Shown: positions 46,794-56,535, counted from the first letter of the stretch. The stretch: 64,000 bases of DNA from a virus (IMGVR_UViG_2524023228_000003:10872-74871), one strand, 5' to 3'. The notes: generated from the sequence alone by a model not told the origin. Numbers and translations: made by a program.

Positions 46794-47116
46794 GACTTGG
46801 CCTTGCGCTTCCGCGGGGTCTTCCGCTTCGGCTTTGCCGGCGTCGCGACCGAGATAGCTCCGATGACAGCCTCGACGGCCTTCTCCATCGCAAAGCGGAC
46901 GATCATGTCGTCAGCCATGTGCGCCGGCACGTCGTGACAGGTGATCGTTTCCTGGGACTGAGGTTCCTCAGCCGGCCCGATGTCATCCACGCACAGCGAG
47001 TAGCGGAGCAGGCGGATGTGGCCGGGAGCCCAGGGCACGCGCCGCCAGCGCTTGACCTCTGCATCGAGATGTTCGAGCGCGAGATCAACGAGTTCGTCTG
47101 GCACGACCTGCGACAT
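46790..47116 (-). CDS. Phage hypothetical protein
   Basis: Start MSQVVPDE, GAGG RBS. Confidence 0.55.
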   Translation of the reverse strand: MSQVVPDELVDLALEHLDAEVKRWRRVPWAPGHIRLLRYSLCVDDIGPAEEPQSQETITCHDVPAHMADDMIVRFAMEKAVEAVIGAISVATPAKPKRKTPRKRKAKS

Positions 47117-47169
47117 TCCGGCCTCTTGAAGGGTGACCCGGGCTGCCTGGGGCAGGCCGCGGGCTCTGG

Positions 47170-47433
47170 TTAAACTTGGATGCCTGCCGCACGCAGGCTG
47201 TGTTCGTATTCGGATGGTGATCCGAGGAGCTGACGCATCAGTTCCTCCTCGATCTTCTTGGCCCAGTACTCGGAGAGCTTCTGGGCTTGCGCTTCTCGCT
47301 CCGGGGTCATCTCGATGTCGGCTTTGATCACCTGATTTGTGACCGTGTAGGTCGTGATCCGCTGATCGCGCGCGGCACGACGATCGCGCCCAACGATGGT
47401 GTCGCGCTTGAACTCGGCGAGCGGCCCTTTCAT
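47170..47433 (-). CDS. Phage hypothetical protein
   Basis: ATGA overlap with the upstream gene. Confidence 0.55.
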   Translation of the reverse strand: MKGPLAEFKRDTIVGRDRRAARDQRITTYTVTNQVIKADIEMTPEREAQAQKLSEYWAKKIEEELMRQLLGSPSEYEHSLRAAGIQV

Positions 47434-47747
47434 CGGACCAGCTCCTTGGCTTTCGCCAGCGGGCCGTCGAGGCAGACCGAGACGTGGGTTGCGTTCGCCC
47501 GCAGCCGGCAGTCGTCATGGCGCGGCACCGCGATGCCGAGCACGTAGCCGACGACGAAGCCGGCGACGCATCCCAAGGCCACGCCTTGCAGATAGCGAGC
47601 CAGCGGGCTCGGGGCCGCGGCCGATGATTGGTTTAAATCTGGCGCGGAGCGCCCGCGCCGTCCGCGTTCCTCGCGGACAAGCGCCTCCGCTCGCGCCAGG
47701 ATTACATCCTTGCGCTCGGGAGAGACGCGGTCGAGGAGTTCAGTCAT
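47430..47747 (-). CDS. Single-TM hypothetical protein
   Basis: GGAGG RBS. Confidence 0.55.
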   Translation of the reverse strand: MTELLDRVSPERKDVILARAEALVREERGRRGRSAPDLNQSSAAAPSPLARYLQGVALGCVAGFVVGYVLGIAVPRHDDCRLRANATHVSVCLDGPLAKAKELVR

Positions 47748-48185
47748 CGAGACCTCCGAACAGCTTGAAGATCAGGACGACGATCAGCGCAGTGGCGATC
47801 GCGCAGCCGCCGAGTGCCGCGAGCTTGAGCGTCCACTTGAACAGGACGGCCAGAAATTCGATGTCCGCAGTCATCCGAAGACCCGTTCCTTCGCTCTGCG
47901 GGCCAGCCAGAACAGGCCGAGCACCGCGGCGGCGACAGCCGGGGTCAGAACCATCGCGGCGAGGTACTGGATCATCTCTGCGCTCACTGCCGGTTCCTCC
48001 GTTTGCATTCAAGCAAGCGCATGGACATACCGAACTCGTGTCGCCTGGCTCTGTTCGGTCTTTAAACGCTACCAGCCCTGAGGGTCGTACGGCGTGCGTG
48101 CCGAATAGCATGGGGTTTGTGGGTCCGGACGCCGCCCAAAGTCCCGGTTGATTGCCGGGCCATGTCCCTGGGGCCTGGCTCCCGT

Positions 48186-48241
48186 TTGCACGAATGCTAA
48201 CGATACAGCAAGTCCTACCCCAGGGGGTGGGGTTCTGTCAA
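48186..48241 (-). promoter_or_regulatory. Leftward promoter TTGACA-N17-GTAGGA with a downstream TTGC-N6-GC(A/T)A site
   Basis: Shares GGGGTTGACAGAACCCC with the promoter at 30.47 kb. Confidence 0.55.
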
Positions 48242-48428
48242 CCCCTGGCGCTTGGCCCGAATGCAAATGGAACCAGGTTTTCACACCTGGGGCCAATTTC
48301 CGGCCGAACTGTTGAAACTCGCCGGCCATCGGTTACCTATCGAGGCGGCGGAAACAACGAGCCAGCGACCCGCCCCGCAGGGGGGAGAATCTTGGTTCTT
48401 AGGTGATGGTTATAGTGATGGTTTATGG

Positions 48429-48523
48429 TGTCATCCTGGTTGACACCCCTGTCGTCCTAATTGACACCCCCCTGTCATCCTGGTTGACACCCCCCTGTCA
48501 TTTGAGTTGACACCCCTGTCAAC
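48429..48523. repeat. Tandem array of four TGTCR-N7-TGACA palindromes spaced by C4/C6
   Basis: Units at 48429, 48450, 48473 and 48496, plus a half site at 48517; periods 21/23/23/21 bp. Confidence 0.9.
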
Positions 48524-48532
48524 GAGGACGAC

Positions 48533-48975
48533 ATGACGCAGCTCACCCGCAAGCCCGACAACGACCCTCACCTGCCCGGTGGCTGGTTCGTCTACTGGGG
48601 CGATGTCCGCGTCGGACACATTGGTCCACGAGCCGGCGTTCCTGTTCACGCTCCGCAATGGGGGTGGAACTGCGGCTTCACTCCGGGCTGCGATCCGGGC
48701 CAGTCGACTCACGGGACAGCAGAGACCTTCGAGGACGACAGGGCCGGCTTCGAGCGCGACTGGCGTCGACTCCTGCCGACCAGGACCGAAGCTCACTTCG
48801 AGCTGTGGCGGCAGAAGCGTGACTATGAGGCTGGAAGCAGAGGATGTGGGACGAACACAGGCGGCTGCCGAGCCAGAACACCTCCGGCCAGTCGCATTGC
48901 TTCTGCGGCGAGCCGTTGACCAACAATTCGGTCCCCGGTCACATCCAGAAGGCACACAGGGGGCTGGGCGCATGA
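48533..48975 (+). pseudogene. Bradyrhizobial-type hypothetical protein, frameshift ~48830
   Basis: QWGWNCGF.PG..GTA.TFE..RAGFE..W; the C-terminal WKQRMWDE..HCFCG..HIQKAH is in another frame. Confidence 0.6.
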
Positions 48976-49194
48976 GCATTCGCCCGCGACTCCGTGAGAC
49001 CGACGAGGGGGTCGACCACTCCACCCTGACTTCATCGAGGGCAATGTCGGGCGGCCGATTGGATCACAGCTCCCTTCCGTGCAGGACAGGACTTCAGATG
49101 AAAGCCCGGTGCCAACACTCGTCGCCTGCTAGACAAAGACGCCCGGCCGTTTCGTCGCTATCCTAGGAGCTGCCAAGCCAACTAGGAGCGAGCG

Positions 49195-49455
49195 ATGCAC
49201 AGCGCGATCATTCAAATCGAATTACCTGACCGGTCCCAACGCGGAGAGGATTGGAGTGCCTTCAACGATAGTATCGCGACCAAGATAAGAGGTTCGACCA
49301 AAGGAGTTGAACGGCTAGCCGAAAATGTCTGGCAGGTGAATTTTCAGATTGCCCCATCCGCTCTTGCTTGGCTTGTTTCGACGGCGGAGCGGAATCGGCT
49401 GTCCTATAAAATTTTGCCATTTGCCGCTGAGCCTCAATGGCTTCCGGTCTCGTGA
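49195..49455 (+). CDS. Hypothetical protein (lower GC)
   Basis: AGGAG RBS. Confidence 0.55.
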   Translation: MHSAIIQIELPDRSQRGEDWSAFNDSIATKIRGSTKGVERLAENVWQVNFQIAPSALAWLVSTAERNRLSYKILPFAAEPQWLPVS

Positions 49456-49948
49456 AAACCCACGACCATTCGAGCCCGGAATGGTTAGACCAAGCACCTC
49501 CGTTAAACGTTTAAGGGTGACACGCGCTGCGGAGCGCTTATGTTTTCAATCGCCTCGGATGCCAGTCCGGGGCGATTTCCCTTTACATCAAAATCATCAA
49601 TAGGGGCTAGACCATGGGAGCGGCAGAGGCATCGATCCTTCTTGGATTCGGATGGGCGATGTTTCACTTCACGTACCCACCAACAATATCAGGTACTTAG
49701 CTGCTTCAGTTCGGCCTTCGTTTGAGCGCATTGAGTTCTGACAATCTAGCTTCTCTCGGCCAACCGAAGGAAACGACATGACGTTGTATCGGCTAAAGCC
49801 TCAGGCGGACGCCAAGTCCCTGCGTGAGGAAATGATCCGCCATGGCATGTGCCCAGATGCCTCGATCCGCCTCGTTAGGTTCGACGCCCTGGCGCGCGTC
49901 TGGATCGTTGAGCAATAGGACCAGAGCCAGCGGCCCGACCACCGGAAT

Positions 49949-50207
49949 TTAGGGTTTTCGCCGGAACAGCTTGATTAGCCCAATGATCGGCCAGCCGATC
50001 AGATATTGGAAAACGAATCCGAGAAGCATGATCGGCACCAAGATCGGCGAGTAAGCCAGCATGGCAAGTGCTACCAGCCACCCCTGGATATGGAGCGCCA
50101 CCCCCGCGCCAAAAGCGTATTCCCGACGCAATGACGTAGACCGCAAAGACTGCCGCCCAAATGGCGACCGCAACGTTCTCCGCCTCAACGAGTGTCAGGT
50201 TTGGCAC
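49949..50207 (-). pseudogene. Membrane protein split by a frameshift in a G5 run (~50103)
   Basis: TM1 in frame 49875..50207, TM2-3 in frame 49949..50188. Confidence 0.5.
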
Positions 50208-50346
50208 GCGGCTTCACCACGGCCTTGAAGGCGCGCTTGTGACCCGCCTCAGTCTCGTCTGCCTTGTGCTCTTTGGCGGCCTCTAGGAGGCGCTTGGACT
50301 GTTCTGGTTCATCAGGTGTGCGCTTGGGGTGAACTGGCCTGTTCAT
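50185..50346 (-). CDS. 53-aa charged peptide
   Basis: MNRPVHPK..PEQSKRLLEAAKEHKADETEAGHKRAFKAVVK, directly after the PIN gene. Confidence 0.5.
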   Translation of the reverse strand: MNRPVHPKRTPDEPEQSKRLLEAAKEHKADETEAGHKRAFKAVVKPRAKPDTR

Positions 50347-50350
50347 TGTT

Positions 50351-50848
50351 TTAGAAGCCCTCATCCGGGAATTCCTCCCTCAACATTTCGAGCAAGCTCA
50401 TCGACTCGACATTAAAGGCCTTACAGGCTGTTACCATTTTCCGACTTGGGCGCTGTGTGTCGGTTTCCTCACAGACCACCCGGTACCGCGTCGGGTTAGA
50501 TGTAGCGTTTAAGTGGGCGGCGGTGGCGACGATATATTGATCCGCTCGTTCTTTCCGCCTTCTCGCGCCTGCCATCGTTGAGAATTGATGCGTCACCCGA
50601 CCTACAAGCATCAAATATTCAATATCAGAAATCCGCTTCACAAAACGGATGTAGTGCTGCTCTAGCCACGCCTTGACCCACGGACATCTATCAACTTCAT
50701 CCCATGCTTCCGGCGGACATTGTATTTTCCCGTCGTCGATTAGCTTGCCGAGAAAGAAGAGAATCCGGTTTTGTGCTGGATTTCCCTCAACGGAAATCCA
50801 ACTTGAAGCATCGATGACGTATCGATTATGGCCGCCAGCCGAAACCAG
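50351..50848 (-). CDS. DUF4411-family PIN-domain protein (start codon unresolved)
   Basis: Open frame upstream of the track ORF: YVIDASSWI..P.EAWDEV..ADQYIVATA..VVCEE..CKAFNV. Confidence 0.75.
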   Translation of the reverse strand: MVSAGGHNRYVIDASSWISVEGNPAQNRILFFLGKLIDDGKIQCPPEAWDEVDRCPWVKAWLEQHYIRFVKRISDIEYLMLVGRVTHQFSTMAGARRRKERADQYIVATAAHLNATSNPTRYRVVCEETDTQRPSRKMVTACKAFNVESMSLLEMLREEFPDEGF

Positions 50849-51995
50849 CTTCGCGCTCCATTATTTTAGCGCGTAGCTTCGCAAAGTTGGAGGCTTGGAC
50901 GTCAAGCATTTCGAATGCATCTAGTTGATTGATGCGCTTTCGGTCTAAGGCCTCCAAGACAACTTTGATGTGCTGCACACCCAGCCTGTTCGCGATCTTG
51001 TCGTAATACGGCACGATTGGTGGCTTACTATCTTTTTTCTCCCTGACGCGCCACTCAGAGACCTTCACATTGAAAAATCCATCGGGAGCTAGGTCGAGGT
51101 TCTCTAGGTGGAGAGCTACAGCGCTCATGCTGGTTTTGAAGACGCCACCTATCTTCCTTAGGTGGGTGTCCGTCCAATAGTTTCGGAAGCCACCGCCAAC
51201 AGAAAGCGCAGCGCCCCTAAATTCTTGTGCAGGCATCAAGAAATATGCCGCGAATTTATTGCAGTACTCCTCGTTCGCGTCCCTGGATCGATGATCCGTT
51301 ATGGCGCTCTGTCGAAGTAGCAGATGGGCGTATTCATGGAATAGCGTGAAAGATCGGGCGGCCGGGAAGGCTTCATTAGAATTGATGACGATGACAGGAA
51401 TTTTCCGTTCGTCAAAAATAGCCATGCCGCGCCAGTCATCGGTAGTGCTGGCATTTACTTGATAGACGAACACGCCTTGGGCTTCCACTAAGGAACGCAG
51501 CGTCTTGAAGGCTGTCGCGTCTGTCTTCCAAGCAGCTTGAGTACTGACATCAAGTCCGACGCGGCTCCGCTCATCGACGGCAACCTTTTCCGCACCGGTG
51601 GCAAAGCTGGCTTTAGGAAGTTTGTTGGCGAAAAGAGCGGGGTCGGCATCACGCAAATCGGCCATGGCATCAATCAACACATTGATGTCATCCATCTCCA
51701 TGAGCAATTCTGGATTCCACTTCCCCGGGGCTCCGCTCCCGTGCGTTCGGAAGTCCTGAAGCTTTAGGCGCGTTTCAGAAGGAAGCACATCGGGCATTAG
51801 GAGAGAAGAAAATCCAATCTCGTACTTGGCGGACATGTTTCGGAGTTCGCCAACGGATGGATGGCGCGCACCGCTTTCAAGCTCAAGCAATTCTTCTTCA
51901 GGGACACCAAGCCGTGCCGCCGCTCCGGGTACGTCAAACCCTCGCTCAAGGCGAGCCCAGATCAATACTTTTGGGTTGACTGGAACGTCGGTCAC
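50826..51995 (-). CDS. XRE-HTH + ImmA/IrrE Zn-metallopeptidase
   Basis: VNPKVLIWARLERG HTH; GVFV..RGMAI..INSN..ARSFTLFHEYAHLLL..EEYCNKFAAYFLMP. Confidence 0.9.
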   Translation of the reverse strand: MTDVPVNPKVLIWARLERGFDVPGAAARLGVPEEELLELESGARHPSVGELRNMSAKYEIGFSSLLMPDVLPSETRLKLQDFRTHGSGAPGKWNPELLMEMDDINVLIDAMADLRDADPALFANKLPKASFATGAEKVAVDERSRVGLDVSTQAAWKTDATAFKTLRSLVEAQGVFVYQVNASTTDDWRGMAIFDERKIPVIVINSNEAFPAARSFTLFHEYAHLLLRQSAITDHRSRDANEEYCNKFAAYFLMPAQEFRGAALSVGGGFRNYWTDTHLRKIGGVFKTSMSAVALHLENLDLAPDGFFNVKVSEWRVREKKDSKPPIVPYYDKIANRLGVQHIKVVLEALDRKRINQLDAFEMLDVQASNFAKLRAKIMEREAGFGWRP

Positions 51996-52069
51996 AGCGG
52001 AGACGAGTCCCGATAGGTTAGGCGCTTGCCCAGCGTACCACGAATCGCTGCCTTTGCACGTTGAACGTC

Positions 52070-52177
52070 GCGGGGAAATGCGATGCCGAGCCCGGTCCAA
52101 TTCATCCGGTCTATGATGCGCAACCCTTCTGGGTTGCCGTCGGGAACGAAGATGCGAATGGTGTATGGATCAGCCAC
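52070..52177 (-). pseudogene. N-terminal remnant of a GIY-YIG-family nuclease gene
   Basis: TIRIFVPDGNPEGLRIIDRMNWTGLGIAFPR, then the similarity stops. Confidence 0.55.
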
Positions 52178-52392
52178 GTTTCCCCTAGAGGCGCCTGGCG
52201 GAAGATTATGAGCATTGGTTGTGACGCTGCCAATAGCCCGTGAAAAGTAAGGTCTCGCATTTTGACCGGAAATGCCTAGCTATCGGGCATGGGCCCTGGA
52301 GCAACTCGCCGCGCTCGATAGGGATCTGATCTGAGCGCGGAGCGCTCGCTACCCACGCCCGTGGCGGATATGATCTGGCTCTCAACGGGGTC

Positions 52393-52587
52393 ATGACTAT
52401 GAGCGACGTGGCAGCGGAGAAGGCACGACTGATGAAGGTTGCTGAGGCGATCGTCAACGAGATGGACCGCCAGGGCATCGCCGACGCGGTCGCCGATCTC
52501 GGCTTCGACATCATGGCGCTGGCGCGGGTGGTGGTCAGAGCAGCGGACGGCGACGTGATCCCGTTCCGGCGGCCACCGGGTCATTAG
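52393..52587 (+). CDS. Small hypothetical protein
   Basis: 64-aa ORF with GC3 bias. Confidence 0.5.
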   Translation: MTMSDVAAEKARLMKVAEAIVNEMDRQGIADAVADLGFDIMALARVVVRAADGDVIPFRRPPGH

Positions 52588-53625
52588 AGCGCGGAGTGCT
52601 CGCCGGCCATGATGCGTTTGCGTGTCATCCGAGGCGGCCATGATACGCAAAGGCGTCATCGGGCGCCGCCGCGGGATTGGGACTCTCTTCAGGGCGAAGC
52701 CCTCGCCGGACATGCTCATTGACGGTCGGCCGGAATCATCGTTCGATGTCGGCCTCAGCCCCCACGGCTGAGACTCCGCACGAAGGCGAGACCTCAACCT
52801 TGGCCCCCAGCCGCGAGGTCTCGCCGCGGCGTATCTGGTGGCGAAGCCCTCGCTGGCCGCGGCCATATTCGCCAGATCGGCCATATTTACTGCGCAGTGA
52901 AAATGGCCTTTTTGGCCAGCGCGCCGCCGAGCTGGGGCCCCAAAACGGGGTGGGTCTTTTCCGAGCCACCCCCCTGTCAGAAATTTGCATACGTTTTTCG
53001 GACAGGGCCGCCCCAATGCAAACGGCCAGAGGAGCCCTAGGAGCGGCCTGCCAGTTCAGGGACCTCAGTCGCGGGCCGTCCCGTTCAGCGCACACAGCCC
53101 CGGTTTCTGCAAGGCCTGAGTGGCAATTGGCCAGTGGGGTCCAACCCGTTGGCGTAAATGGCCTTTTGGCGGTGGAAAGTTTCGGGGGGCGGCCGACACA
53201 GGGGGCCCATGCAATAAAAAAATATTCTCTTTATTTTGAAACTTTGAAATCTTTTTCTACCGTGCCAAGGGCTGATTTCTGACTTTCAGAAGAAGATTGA
53301 CCTGCTTCCGTTTTTTCGAAGCTGAAATTCCAGAGCAATATCAATGCCTTAGCACGAATGCAAACATAGTCGATGGATTTTGGTAATTTTCATCATACAG
53401 CTCATTGAGATCATTGATGAAATTTAGATACTTCCAACTATGATTGGATTTGTTATGGTTGCTTACTGGAAATGCAAACGGAGGTTTTGGACACAAGCTG
53501 ATTTTTCCCGCGCGAGTCTTGTGACTCGTGGAGTCTTTGAAGCCAAGCGGTTTCAAAGCACGGGAGAGCCATGCCCAAACCTCGAATTTTCTCCGGGCCT
53601 CCGGAAAACACAGAAGGAACCGAAA

Positions 53626-54414
53626 ATGTCTACCGCAAATGCACCCACGGCCAAGACTTTGGGCGAGATTGCCCTCTCTGCCGCGATCAAGGCGGTTAAG
53701 GATGACGACTCGGCGGCTTTCACCGCGACCGTTGCCCTTGGCCTTGTCATGGCCAACCGTCAGGTTGAGCGCGCCGAAACGGACAAGGATATTACGGAAA
53801 AGGCGAACAAGGCCACTTTCCGCCACTTCCTCAAGAAGTATGCCGTTAAGGGCAATATCGTGTGGCGCGACTCGGACCATATCCTCAACCGCGCGATGGC
53901 GCTCAAGGGCAAGGATCGGGAAAAGGCGATTTCCGACTATGTCGACGGTGGCAAAACCGCCAATCCCGACTATGCCAAGCCCGACAAGGCGCGGCTTGTC
54001 GACGGCCTCGCAAAGCTGCGCACGTGGTCTTTCCGTCTCATGTCGGATGTGTGTGTGAACCACGCCGACCAAATCCGCGATATCATCGCCTTGAAGGCGA
54101 GCGGCGCGGATGGACAGGCACAAGCGGAACATTTCCGCGAGTTCGTCAAGCGCCAGTATGGCGACTCGTTCGCCAAACTGACTCAGCGTCTGGCGAAACC
54201 GGCCTCTGAAAAGGAGAAGGCGGACCCGATTGACGCAATCGTCAAGAAGGCGGGCGATATGACCGACGCCGAATTGACTCTCCTGATCGCTCGCCTTGAA
54301 GGCCTGCGGCTGGAACGCGCCAGCACGGCGGAAGAGGTCGACGCGGCATTCGGCGAAAGCCCGGCGGAAGCCCCGACTCTCATCCCGGCCGAGCGGGAAC
54401 TGGAGGCGGCGTAA
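53626..54414 (+). CDS. First early-region protein (helical, 262 aa)
   Basis: AGAAGGA RBS, start MSTANA. Confidence 0.7.
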   Translation: MSTANAPTAKTLGEIALSAAIKAVKDDDSAAFTATVALGLVMANRQVERAETDKDITEKANKATFRHFLKKYAVKGNIVWRDSDHILNRAMALKGKDREKAISDYVDGGKTANPDYAKPDKARLVDGLAKLRTWSFRLMSDVCVNHADQIRDIIALKASGADGQAQAEHFREFVKRQYGDSFAKLTQRLAKPASEKEKADPIDAIVKKAGDMTDAELTLLIARLEGLRLERASTAEEVDAAFGESPAEAPTLIPAERELEAA

Positions 54415-54601
54415 GCCCCTCCTACCCCCACGCCATCACCGGCCTGAAGCCCTCCGGGATCATCTCCCGGGGGACTTCGGCTGGCCTTTTTTCGGCTTTT
54501 CTCCGGACCCCCGGATTTTCCAGAATCGTGCGGGTCTCGACAAAATCCGAATACCGCTCCGCGGGAGCGCCCCCCCACCCCTATCTTGAGAGATTTTTGC
54601 G

Positions 54602-55135
54602 ATGGCCAAGCGCTACATCGAACGCCCCACTGCGCGCCAGATCATGACTGAGGCGGAACGTCGGGTGATCCGCGAGCAGCGCCAGATCGACTATGACGCC
54701 AAGCGCGAGAACGCCTCCGACTGGCTGGCTGGCAACTACGCCCCCGCCCCCAAGGCTGCGCAGCCCATGCACACCCGCCTGTCTAAGGCCGATCTGCAGT
54801 CCGCTGCCGACTGGGCGCAGTTCAAGCGCTTCGAGGCCATGGACGACGACAACGTCACCCCCGATCCGCTGGGCAAGACCGGCCACTATGAGCCGAAGTC
54901 GATCCACGATCCGGCGCCCCCGTCACGCATCCGCCGTGAGGCTCCCAAGAAGCGCAAGGGCCGCGATCCCTACGCCGTGAGCGACGACTGCGATCTGCCC
55001 GACTACGGCATCCGCAAGCGCTCCTACTCCGTCGTCGACGACACCGGCCGGCAGGTCGGCGTCGTTACCACCAACCCGTTCCGCAAGACCATGGCGATCG
55101 CCGCTTACGGCCTGTCGTCCAATCCGCGGAAGTAA
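54602..55135 (+). CDS. Early hypothetical protein
   Basis: Strong GC3 bias. Confidence 0.65.
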   Translation: MAKRYIERPTARQIMTEAERRVIREQRQIDYDAKRENASDWLAGNYAPAPKAAQPMHTRLSKADLQSAADWAQFKRFEAMDDDNVTPDPLGKTGHYEPKSIHDPAPPSRIRREAPKKRKGRDPYAVSDDCDLPDYGIRKRSYSVVDDTGRQVGVVTTNPFRKTMAIAAYGLSSNPRK

Positions 55136-55165
55136 CCCCAACCCTCAACACCTCCGAGCAGACCC

Positions 55166-55390
55166 ATGATGAGCCTCACCGAGGCGCGTCAGCGCCTGGC
55201 CATGTCCGGCATGAAGATCTCCAAGCGGGATCGCGAGTTCCGCGTGGCCTACGCCGAGCTGGCGTACCGCGACGCCGAACCCTCCGCCTATTACACCGAC
55301 GACCTCGAGGACGCGGTGATCACAGGCTCCCGCATGCGGGCCACCATGCCGCTCGACGTCACGGTTCGGCGCGCCCACGGGTTTGCTTGA
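55166..55390 (+). CDS. Early hypothetical protein
   Basis: EFRVAY..YYTDDLEDAV.T motif. Confidence 0.65.
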   Translation: MMSLTEARQRLAMSGMKISKRDREFRVAYAELAYRDAEPSAYYTDDLEDAVITGSRMRATMPLDVTVRRAHGFA

Positions 55391-55475
55391 ATGCAATTCG
55401 GTGAGCCGGGCCACCCAACTACCAGCCCGGATGGCGATCAACAGGGACCAACCCGCAGCCTACAGGAGTACCACC

Positions 55476-55625
55476 ATGAGAAGACTGCCCTCGATCATTA
55501 TCCCGAGCCCCGCCTCGATCCTCTTCCTCGCAGCGTTTGCATACGCCGGCTGGACCATGGCCAGAAAGGCAGCGTCGTCTGGTCTCGAAATGCAAATCAT
55601 GCAGTTGAAGGGCCTCGGTAGATAG
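55476..55625 (+). CDS. Small single-TM protein
   Basis: AGGAG RBS. Confidence 0.5.
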   Translation: MRRLPSIIIPSPASILFLAAFAYAGWTMARKAASSGLEMQIMQLKGLGR

Positions 55626-56023
55626 GCCCGCGCACCAGATATAGTGTATGAACCCCGTTTTGCGGGTTCTCAGACCCGGTTTTTGCGGACTGAGATACCA
55701 TTTTGAGCCCTCTTTGCACTAGATATTGTGTCTTGAGGGTCTCGTTCGTCACTTTGAAGCGCTGGAATTGAATTTGCCTTTTATGCGCTGACTGCGTTCG
55801 ACGCGACGGCCCCCATGCTGTTTGCGTGTGAATTTGGTGCTGTTGCGTGCGATTGCCGGCCTGATGCGCTGTTTCTGGTGCGTTAGGCCGGCTTCTGGCG
55901 AGGACCCGAGACAAGGCTCAATCACTGGCCAGTCTCTCCTCTCCCTGTCTCTTCTCAACCTATTGGATCTCAATCGTGAGGGTGTGCCTGTCCGGCGGCC
56001 CGCGAATGGAGGACGGCTGAGTT

Positions 56024-56314
56024 ATGGCTGAATTTCAGATGTTTCTGGCTCTCGGCGTTCCAGCGACCGAGGCGATGCGTGACCGCTTGAGGGTGCTCTA
56101 CAGCACCTGTCACAAACGGTCTGACCGGACGCCCAAGCAGGCGGCGATCCTGGCCGAAGCCTTCCGAGTGCTCTTCACCCGGGGCTCCTCTGACGTGATC
56201 GTCATTGCGACGACCGAGGAGCTGGAGGCGGCCTTCGAAATTCGAAATCGGGGTCCGGAAAATCCCCCGGCCGCCCCGATTTCGGGAATTATTCTGGAAT
56301 TTCCGAAGCCCTAA
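56024..56314 (+). CDS. Early hypothetical protein
   Basis: GGAGG upstream. Confidence 0.5.
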   Translation: MAEFQMFLALGVPATEAMRDRLRVLYSTCHKRSDRTPKQAAILAEAFRVLFTRGSSDVIVIATTEELEAAFEIRNRGPENPPAAPISGIILEFPKP

Positions 56315-56418
56315 TTCGGGGCTCGATCGCGGTACATCAGCACCGCTGACCTGAAAATCCCGCTTGCATTTTCTAGCACAAATGCAAACGGAAATCAAGG
56401 GGTTACCCCTCCAACAGC

Positions 56419-56535
56419 GACTGGGCTCCCCAAGGAACCGGGAACGGAGAGGCGGCGCCCTTTGATGGGATTGCCAGCATCGACGCTGGACAACGCGACG
56501 TGCCGGAGGTTCGAGCCCTCCCCCAGTCACCTCCA
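56419..56535 (+). ncRNA. Expanded tRNA-like RNA
   Basis: GACTGGG/CCCAGTC acceptor-like stem and GGAGG-TTCGAGC-CCTCC T arm enclosing 79 nt; ends ACCTCCA. Confidence 0.55.

Noticed and set aside
48429-48523. Repeat array as a mini-CRISPR
   Set aside because: The intervening sequences are only 4-7 bp and nearly identical; there are no unique spacers and no cas genes.
56419-56535. tmRNA piece or tRNA-Sec
   Set aside because: No Ala identity G3:U70, no tag reading frame, no TCA anticodon and no 8-bp acceptor.
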